Shown here: piece after piece, positions 55,375 through 64,000 of the stretch
Layout of the letters: each line of letters begins with the position of its first letter
How positions within the stretch are numbered: position 1 is the stretch's first letter
NCBI RefSeq assembly: GCF_009914755.1
Contig: NC_060946.1
Source: the human T2T-CHM13v2.0 reference genome, Homo sapiens
Length of the DNA: 64,000 nucleotides
Strand: one strand, 5' to 3'
Program-made: the position numbers and the translations under genes
The notes under the pieces: generated by a model
Databases searched by the model: none
Told to the model about the DNA's origin: nothing
Seen by the model: only the letters and a program-made list of their open reading frames with translations

Positions 55375-57106
55375 TCCTCCAAGCTATCCAAATATCCACT
55401 TGCAGATTCCACAGAAAGACTGTTTCAAAACTGCTCTGTCAATAGAAAGGTTCAACTCTGTTAGCTGCGTGCATATATCCCAAAGAAGATTCTGAGATTC
55501 CTTCTGTCTAGTTTTTATGGGAAGATATTTCCCTTTTCACCGTAGGCGTCAAGGCGCTCCAAATGTCCACTTCCAGATACTACAAAAAGAGTGTTTCAAA
55601 CCTACTCTGTGAAAGCGAATATTCAACTCTGTGACTTTAATGCACATATCACAAAGAAGTTTCTGAGAATGCTTCTGTCGAGATTTTATATGAAGATATT
55701 CCCGTTTCCAACGAAATCCTGAAATCTATCCAAATATCCCCTCGCAGATTCTACAAAAAGAGTGTTTCAAAACTGCTCTGTAAAAAGAAAGGTTCAACTC
55801 TGTTAGTTGAGTGCACACATCACAAACAAGTTTCACAGAATGCTTCTTTCTAGCTTGTAGGGGAAGATATTCCCTTTATCACCATGGTCCTCAAACCGTC
55901 CGAAACGTCCACTTCCATATACTACAAAAAGAGCGTTTCAAACCTGCTCTATGAAAGGCAATGTTCAACTCTGTGACTTGAATGCAGACATCACAGAGCA
56001 GTTTCTGAGAATGCTTCTGTCTAGATTTTATAGGAAGATATTCCCGTTTCCAACGAAATCTTCACAGCTATCCAAATATCCACTTGCAGATTCTACAAAA
56101 AGAGTGTATCAAAACTGCTCTGTCAAAAGGAAGGTTCTTCTCTGTTAGGTGAGTGCATACGTCATAAAGGAGTTTCTGAGAATGTTTCTGTCTAGTGGTT
56201 ATGGGAAGATATTTGCTTTTTCACCGTAGGCCTCAGAGCGCTCCAAATATCCACTTGCACATACTACAAAAAGAGTGCCTCAAAGCTGCTCTCTGAAACG
56301 GAATGTTCAACTCTATGAGTTGAATGCAAACATCACAAAGACGTTTCTGAGAATGCTTCTGTCTAGATTTGATATGAAGATATTCCCGTTTCCAACGAAA
56401 TCTTCAAATCTATCCAAATGTCCACTTGCAGATTCAACAAAAAGTGTTTTTCAGAACTGCTCTATCAAAAGAAAGATCCACCTCTGTTAGCTGAGTTCAC
56501 ACATCACAAACAAGTTTATGAGAATGCTTCTGTCTAGTTTTTATTTGAAGATATTTCCTTTCTCACCATAGACCTGAAAGCTGTCCTAATGTTCACTTCC
56601 AGATACTACAGAAAGAGTGTTTCAAAACTGCTGTACGAAAGGGAATGTTCAACTCTGTGACTTGAATGCACACATCACAAAGAAGTTTCTGAGGATGCTG
56701 CTGTCTACTTTTTATACGTAATCCCGTTTCCAACGAAATCCTCCAAGCTATCCAAATATCCACTTGCAGATTCCACAGAAAGACTGTTTCAAAACTGCTC
56801 TGTCAATAGAAAGGTTCAACTCTGTTAGCTGCGTGCATATATCCCAAAGAAGATTCTGAGATTGCTTCTGTCTAGTTTTTATGGGAAGATATTTCCCTTT
56901 TCACCGTAGGCGTCAAGGCGCTCCAAATGTCCACTTCCAGATACTACAAAAAGAGTGTTTCAAACCTACTCTGTGAAAGCGAATATTCAACTCTGTGACT
57001 TGAATGCACATATCACAAAGAAGTTTCTGAGAATGCTTCTGTCGAGATTTTATATGAAGATATTCCCGTTTCCAACGAAATCCTGAAATCTATCCAAATA
57101 TCCCCT

Positions 57107-58037
57107 TGCAGATTCTACAAAAAGAGTGTTTCAAAACTGCTCTGTAAAAAGAAAGGTTCAACTCTGTTAGTTGAGTACACACATCACAACAAGTTTCACA
57201 GAATGCTTCTTTCTAGCTTGTAGGGGAAGATATTTCCTTTATCACCATGGGCCTCAAACCATCCGAAACGTCCACTTCCATATACTAAAAAAAGAGTGTT
57301 TGAAACCTGCTCTATGAAAGGCAATGTTCAACTCTGTGACTTGAATGCAGACATCACAGAGCAGTTTCTGAGAATGCTTCTGTCCAGACTTTATAGGAAG
57401 ATATTCCCGTTTCCAACGAAATCTTCACAGCTATCCAAATATCCACTTGCAGATACTACAAAAAGAATGTATCAAAAATGCTCTGTCAAAAGGAAAGTTC
57501 TTCTCTGCTAGTTGAGTACATACGTCATAAAGAAGTTTCTGAGAATGTTTCTGTCTAGTGGTTATGGGAAGATATTTGCTTTTTCACCGTAGGCCTCAGA
57601 GCGCTCCAAATGTCCACTTGCACATGCTACAAAAAGAGTGCTTCAAAGCTGCTCTCTGAAAGGGAATGTTCAACTCTATGAGTTGAATGTAAACATCACA
57701 AAGACGTTTCTGAGAATGCGTCTGTCTAGATTTGATATGAAGATATTCCCGTTTCCAACGAAATCTTCAAATCTATCCAAATGTCCACTTGCAGATTCAA
57801 CAAAAAGTGTTTTTCACAACTGCTGTATCAAGAGAAAGATCCACGTCTGTTAGCTGAGTTCACACATCACAAAGAAGTTTATGAGAATGCTTCTGTCTAG
57901 TTTTTATTTGAAGATATTTCCTTTCTCACCATAGACCTGAAAGCTGTCGTAATGTTTACTTCCAGATACTACAGAAAGAGTGTTTCAAAACTGCTGTACG
58001 AAACGGAATGTTCAACTCTGTGACTTGAATGCACACG
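57107..58037 (-). repeat. Divergent HOR-variant segment, copy 2 (weaker tail to ~58375)
   Basis: Same variant set as 47560-48490 except about 3 positions (47878, 48300, 57832). Confidence 0.92.
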
Positions 58038-61000
58038 TCACAAAGAAGTTTCTGAGGATGCTGCTGTCTACTTTTTATACGTAATCCCGTTTCCAACGAA
58101 ATCCTCCAAGCTATCCAAATATCCACTTGCAGATTCCACAGAAAGACTGTTTCAAAACTGCTCTGTCAATAGAAAGGTTCAACTCTGTTAGCTGCGTGCA
58201 TATATCCCAAAGAAGATTCTGAGATTGCTTCTGTCTAGTTTTTTTGGGAAGATATTTCCCTTTTCACCGTAGGCGTCAAGGCGCTCCAAATGTCCACTTC
58301 CAGATACTACAAAAAGAGTGTTTCAAACCTACTCTGTGAAAGGGAATATTCAACTCTGTGACTTGAATGCAGATATCACAAAGAAGTTTCTGAGAATGCT
58401 TCTGTCGAGATTTTATATGAAGATATTCCCGTTTCCAACGAAATCCTGAAATCTATCCAAATATCCCCTCGCAGATTCTACAAAAAGAGTGTTTCAAAAC
58501 TGCTCTGTAAAAAGAAAGGTTCAACTCTGTTACTTGAGTACACACATCACAAACAAGTTTCACAGAATGCTTCTTTCTAGCTTGTAGGGGAAGATATTCC
58601 CTTTATCACCATGGTCCTCAAACCGTCCGAAACGTCCACTTCCATATACTACAAAAAGAGCGTTTCAAACCTGCTCTATGAAAGGCAATGTTCAACTCTG
58701 TGACTTGAATGCAGACATCACAGAGCAGTTTCTGAGAATGCTTCTGTCTAGATTTTATAGGAAGATATTCCCGTTTCCAACGAAATCTTCACAGCTATCC
58801 AAATATCCACTTGCAGATTCTACAAAAAGAGTGTATCAAAACTGCTCTGTCAAAAGGAAGGTTCTTCTCTGTTAGGTGAGTGCATACGTCATAAAGGAGT
58901 TTCTGAGAATGTTTCTGTCTAGTGGTTATGGGAAGATATTTGCTTTTTCACCGTAGGCCTCAGAGCGCTCCAAATATCCACTTGCACATACTACAAAAAG
59001 AGTGCCGCAAAGCTGCTCTCTGAAACGGAATGTTCAACTCTATGAGTTGAATGCAAACATCACAAAGACGTTTCTGAGAATGCTTCTGTCTAGATTTGAT
59101 ATGAAGATATTCCCGTTTCCAACGAAATCTTCAAATCTATCCAAATGTCCACTTGCATAATCAACAAAAAGTGTTTTTCAGAACTGCTCTATCAAAAGAA
59201 AGATCCACCTCTGTTAGCTGAGTTCACACATCACAAACAAGTTTATGAGAATGCTTCTGTCTAGTTTTTATTTGAAGATATTTCCTTTCTCACCATAGAC
59301 CTGAAAGCTGTCCTAATGTTCACTTCCAGATACTACAGAAAGAGTGTTTCAAAACTGCTGTACGAAAGGGAATGTTCAACTCTGTGACTTGAATGCACAC
59401 ATCACAAAGAAGTTTCTGAGGATGCTGCTGTCTACTTTTTATACGTAATCCCGTTTCCAACGAAATCCTCCAAGCTATCCAAACATCCACTTGCAGATTC
59501 CACAGAAAGACTGTTTCAAAACTGCTCTGTCAATAGAAAGGTTCAACTCTGTTAGCTGCGTGCATATATCCCAAAGAAGATTCTGAGATTGCTTCTGTCT
59601 AGTTTTTATGGGAAGATATTTCCCTTTTCACCGTAGGCGTCAAGGCGCTCCAAATGTCCACTTCCAGATACTACAAAAAGAGTGTTTCAAACCTACTCTG
59701 TGAAAGCGAATATTCAACTCTGTGACTTGAATGCACATATCACAAAGAAGTTTCTGAGAATGCTTCTGTCGAGATTTTATATGAAGATATTCCCGTTTCC
59801 AACGAAATCCTGAAATCTATCCAAATATCCCCTCGCAGATTCTACAAAAAGAGTGTTTCAAAACTGCTCTGTAAAAAGAAAGGTTCAACTCTGTTAGTTG
59901 AGTACACACATCACAAACAAGTTTCACAGAATGCTTCTTTCTAGCTTGTAGGGGAAGATATTCCCTTTATCACCATGGGCCTCCAACCGTCCGAAACGTC
60001 CACTTCCATATACTACGAAAAGAGCGTTTCAAACCTGCTCTAGGAAAGGCAATGTTCACCTCTGTGACTTGAATGCAGACATCACAGAGCAGTTTCTGAG
60101 AATGCTTCTGTCTAGATTTTATAGGAAGATATTCCCGTTTCCAACGAAATCTTCACAGCTATCCAAATATCCACTTGCAGATTCTACAAAAAGAGTGTAT
60201 CAAAACTGCTCTGTCAAAAGGAAGGTTCTTCTCTGTTAGGTGAGTGCATACGTCATAAAGGAGTTTCTGAGAATGTTTCTGTCTAGTGGTTATGGGAAGA
60301 TATTTGCTTTTTCACCGTAGGCCTCAGAGCGCTCCAAATATCCACTTGCACATACTACAAAAAGAGTGCCTCAAAGCTGCTCTTTGAAACGGAATGTTCA
60401 ACTCTATGAGTTGAATGCAAACATCACAAAGACGTTTCTGAGAATGCTTCTGTCTAGATTTGATATGAAGATATTCCCGTTTCCAACGAAATCTTCAAAT
60501 CTATCCAAATGTCCACTTGCAGATTCAACAAAAAGTGTTTTTCAGAACTGCTCTATCAAAAGAAAGATCCACCTCTGTTAGCTGAGTTCACACATCACAA
60601 ACAAGTTTATGAGAATGCTTCTGTCTAGTTTTTATTTGAAGATATTTCCTTTCTCACCATAGACCTGAAAGCTGTCCTAATGTTCACTTCCAGATACTAC
60701 AGAAAGAGTGTTTCAAAACTGCTGTATGAAAGGGAATGTTCAACTCTGTGACTTGAATGCACACATCACAAAGAAGTTTCTGAGGATGCTGCTGTCTACT
60801 TTTTATATGTAATCCCGTTTCCAACGAAATCCTCCAAGCTATCCAAATATCCACTTGCAGATTCCACAGAAAGACTGTTTCAAAACTGCTCTGTCAATAG
60901 AAAGGTTCAACTCTGTTAGCTGCGTGCATATATCCCAAAGAAGATTCTGAGATTGCTTCTGTCTAGTTTTTATGGGAAGATATTTCCCTTTTCACCGTAG

Positions 61001-64000
61001 GCGTCAAGGCGCTCCAAATGTCCACTTCCAGATACTACAAAAAGAGTGTTTCAAACCTACTCTGTGAAAGGGAATATTCAACTCTGTGACTTGAATGCAC
61101 ATATCACAAAGAAGTTTCTGAGAATGCTTCTGTCGAGATTTTATATGAAGATATTCCCGTTTCCAACGAAATCCTGAAATCTATCCAAATATCCCCTCGC
61201 AGATTCTACAAAAAGAGTGTTTCAAAACTGCTCTGTAAAAAGAAAGGTTCAACTCTGTTAGTTGAGTACACACATCACAAACAAGTTTCACAGAATGCTT
61301 CTTTCTAGCTTGTAGGGGAAGATATTCCCTTTATCACCATGGGCCTCCAACCGTCCGAAACGTCCACTTCCATATACTACAAAAAGAGCGTTTCAAACCT
61401 GCTCTAGGAAAGGCAATGTTCACCTCTGTGACTTGAATGCAGACATCACAGAGCAGTTTCTGAGAATGCTTCTGTCTAGATTTTATAGGAAGATATTCCC
61501 GTTTCCAACGAAATCTTCACAGCTATCCAAATATCCACTTGCAGATTCTACAAAAAGAGTGTATCAAAACTGCTCTGTCAAAAGGAAGGTTCTTCTCTGT
61601 TAGGTGAGTGCATACGTCATAAAGGAGTTTCTGAGAATGTTTCTGTCTAGTGGTTATGGGAAGATATTTGCTTTTTCACCGTAGGCCTCAGAGCGCTCCA
61701 AATATCCACTTGCACATACTACAAAAAGAGTGCCTCAAAGCTGCTCTTTGAAACGGAATGTTCAACTCTATGAGCTGAATGCAAACATCACAAAGACGTT
61801 TCTGAGAATGCTTCTGTCTAGATTTGATATGAAGATATTCCCGTTTCCAACGAAATCTTCAAATCTATCCAAATGTCCACTTGCAGATTCAACAAAAAGT
61901 GTTTTTCAGAACTGCTCTATCAAAAGAAAGATCCACCTCTGTTAGCTGAGTTCACACATCACAAACAAGTTTATGAGAATGCTTCTGTCTAGTTTTTATT
62001 TGAAGATATTTCCTTTCTCACCATAGACCTGAAAGCTGTCCTAATGTTCACTTCCAGATACTACAGAAAGAGTGTTTCAAAACTGCTGTATGAAAGGGAA
62101 TGTTCAACTCTGTGACTTGAATGCACACATCACAAAGAAGTTTCTGAGGATGCTGCTGTCTACTTTTTATATGTAATCCCGTTTCCAACGAAATCCTCCA
62201 AGCTATCCAAATATCCACTTGCAGATTCCACAGAAAGACTGTTTCAAAACTGCTCTGTCAATAGAAAGGTTCAACTCTGTTAGCTGCGTGCATATATCCC
62301 AAAGAAGATTCTGAGATTGCTTCTGTCTAGTTTTTATGGGAAGATATTTCCCTTTTCACCGTAGGCGTCAAGGCGCTCCAAATGTCCACTTCCAGATACT
62401 ACAAAAAGAGTGTTTCAAACCTACTCTGTGAAAGGGAATATTCAACTCTGTGACTTGAATGCACATATCACAAAGAAGTTTCTGATAATGCTTCTGTCGA
62501 GATTTTATATGAAGATATTCCCGTTTCCAACGAAATCCTGAAATCTATCCAAATATCCCCTCGCAGATTCTACAAAAAGAGTGTTTCAAAAATGCTCTGT
62601 AAAAAGAAAGGTTCAACTCTGTTAGTTGAGTACACACATCACAAACAAGTTTCACAGAATGCTTCTTTCTAGCTTGTAGGGGAAGATATTCCCTTTATCA
62701 CCATGGGCCTCCAAGCGTCCGAAACATCCACTTCCATATACTACAAAAAGAGCGTTTCAAACCTGCTCTATGAAAGGCAATGTTCAACTCTGTGACTTGA
62801 AAGCAGACATCACAGAGCAGTTTCTGAGAATGCTTCTGTCTAGATTTTATAGGAAGATATTCCCGTTTCCAACGAAATCTTCACATCTATCCAAATATCC
62901 ACTTGCAGATTCTTCAAAAAGAGTGTATCAAAACTGCTCTGTCAAAAGGAAGGTTCTTCTCTGTTAGGTGAGTGCATACGTCATAAAGGAGTTTCTGGGA
63001 ATGTTTCTGTCTAGTGGTTATGGGAAGATATTTGCTTTTTCACCGTAGGCCTCAGAGCGCTCCAAATATCCACTTGCACATACTACAAAAAGAGTGCCTC
63101 AAAGCTGCTCTCTGAAACGGAATGTTCAACTCTATGAGTTGAATGCAAACATCACAAAGACGTTTCTGAGAATGCTTCTGTCTAGATTTGATATGAAGAT
63201 ATTCCCGTTTCCAACGAAATCTTCAAATCTATCCAAATGTCCACTTGCATAATCAACAAAAAGTGTTTTTCAGAACTGCTCTATCAAAAGAAAGATCCAC
63301 CTCTGTTAGCTGAGTTCACACATCACAAACAAGTTTATGAGAATGCTTCTGTCTAGTTTTTATTTGAAGATATTTCCTTTCTCACCATAGACCTGAAAGC
63401 TGTCCTAATGTTCACTTCCAGATACTACAGAAAGAGTGTTTCAAAACTGCTGTACGAAAGGGAATGTTCAACTCTGTGACTTGAATGCACACATCACAAA
63501 GAAGTTTCTGAGGATGCTGCTGTCTACTTTTTATACGTAATCCCGTTTCCAACGAAATCCTCCAAGCTATCCAAATATCCACTTGCAGATTCCACAGAAA
63601 GACTGTTTCAAAACTGCTCTGTCAATAGAAAGGTTCAACTCTGTTAGCTGCGTGCATATATCCCAAAGAAGATTCTGAGATTGCTTCTGTCTAGTTTTTA
63701 TGGGAAGATATTTCCCTTTTCACCGTAGGCGTCAAGGCGCTCCAAATGTCCACTTCCAGATACTACAAAAAGAGTGTTTCAAACCTACTCTGTGAAAGGG
63801 AATATTCAACTCTGTGACTTGAATGCACATATCACAAAGAAGTTTCTGAGAATGCTTCTGTCGAGATTTTATATGAAGATGTTCCCGTTTCCAACGAAAT
63901 CCTGAAATCTATCCAAATATCACCTCGCAGATTCTACAAAAAGAGTGTTTCAAAACTGCTCTGTAAAAAGAAAGTTTCAACTCTGTTACTTGAGTACACA

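Larger units (their letters stand above)
53592..63138. repeat. 7-HOR super-unit, copy 2
   Basis: Same ordered variant string as 44045-53591. The ORF track also repeats at +9547 (47749/57296, 48091/57638, 53223/62770). Confidence 0.9.
1..64000 (-). repeat. Alpha-satellite HOR array: ~47 tandem copies of a 1364-bp 8-monomer unit (homogeneous, live-type centromeric array; SF2-like, best fit chr14/22 D14Z9/D22Z1)
   Basis: The anchor GTGCCTCAAAGCTG recurs at 356, 1719, 3083, 4447 ... 61730, 63094 with 1364-bp spacing (1363 where a 1-bp deletion intervenes). There is a ~171-bp sub-periodicity with alphoid motifs (GTTTCTGAGAATGCTTCTGTCTAG, TTCAACTCTGTG, TCCACTTGCAGA) and a CENP-B box in every second monomer. 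The alpha-satellite call is very secure. The chromosome assignment is inference from unit size and dimeric pattern (about 0.65). Confidence 0.99.

Noticed and set aside
32-62967. Repeated 65-aa (MKGNVQLCD...) and 71-aa (MPQSCSLK...) ORFs on the + strand
   Set aside because: They are chance open frames of the alphoid dimer. They switch on and off with single SNVs (ATG>AGG at TCTAGGAAA; GAT TCA>TAA TCA at CATAATC), the 71-aa frame has a GTG start, and there is no gene context. They are useful only as a haplotype barcode.
123-63899. Invariant ~17-20-bp motif at regular spacing, resembling a CRISPR-like repeat/spacer array
   Set aside because: The motif is the CENP-B box. The intervening ~320 bp are themselves repeats rather than unique spacers, and there are no cas genes.
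1-64000. Alternative assignment to other 8-mer-containing SF2 arrays (e.g. chr18 D18Z1 or chr8 8-mer variants)
   Set aside because: A pure 8-mer run with XbaI/TaqI periodicity and no EcoRI site noticed fits chr14/22 better. This is not excluded without alignment, and chr14 vs chr22 cannot be distinguished by eye.
1-64000. A previously undescribed gene-encoded biological system
   Set aside because: No non-satellite sequence was found on either strand. All structure is explained by alpha-satellite HOR evolution.

Overview
The whole 64-kb window is one uninterrupted primate (almost certainly human) centromeric alpha-satellite array. It holds about 47 head-to-tail copies of a 1364-bp higher-order repeat (HOR) made of 8 monomers of about 171 bp. 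CENP-B-box and pJ-alpha-type monomers alternate, and the array reads on the minus strand relative to the canonical CENP-B box. The 8-mer dimeric organisation and XbaI/TaqI site pattern fit the chr14/chr22 live HOR (D14Z9/D22Z1) best, but I could not verify this by alignment. I see no genes, RNA genes, transposons or CRISPR arrays; the ORFs are by-products of the repeat. I find no evidence of a new gene-encoded system. The structure worth following up is in the shared variants: a recent 7-HOR (9547-bp) tandem duplication with a junction mappable to about 50 bp, an in-register island of about 1 kb that is roughly 3% divergent, nested 1-, 2- and 3-HOR duplications, recurrent haplotype blocks, and very few disrupted CENP-B boxes (3 of about 188). 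All variant counts were made by eye and are approximate.
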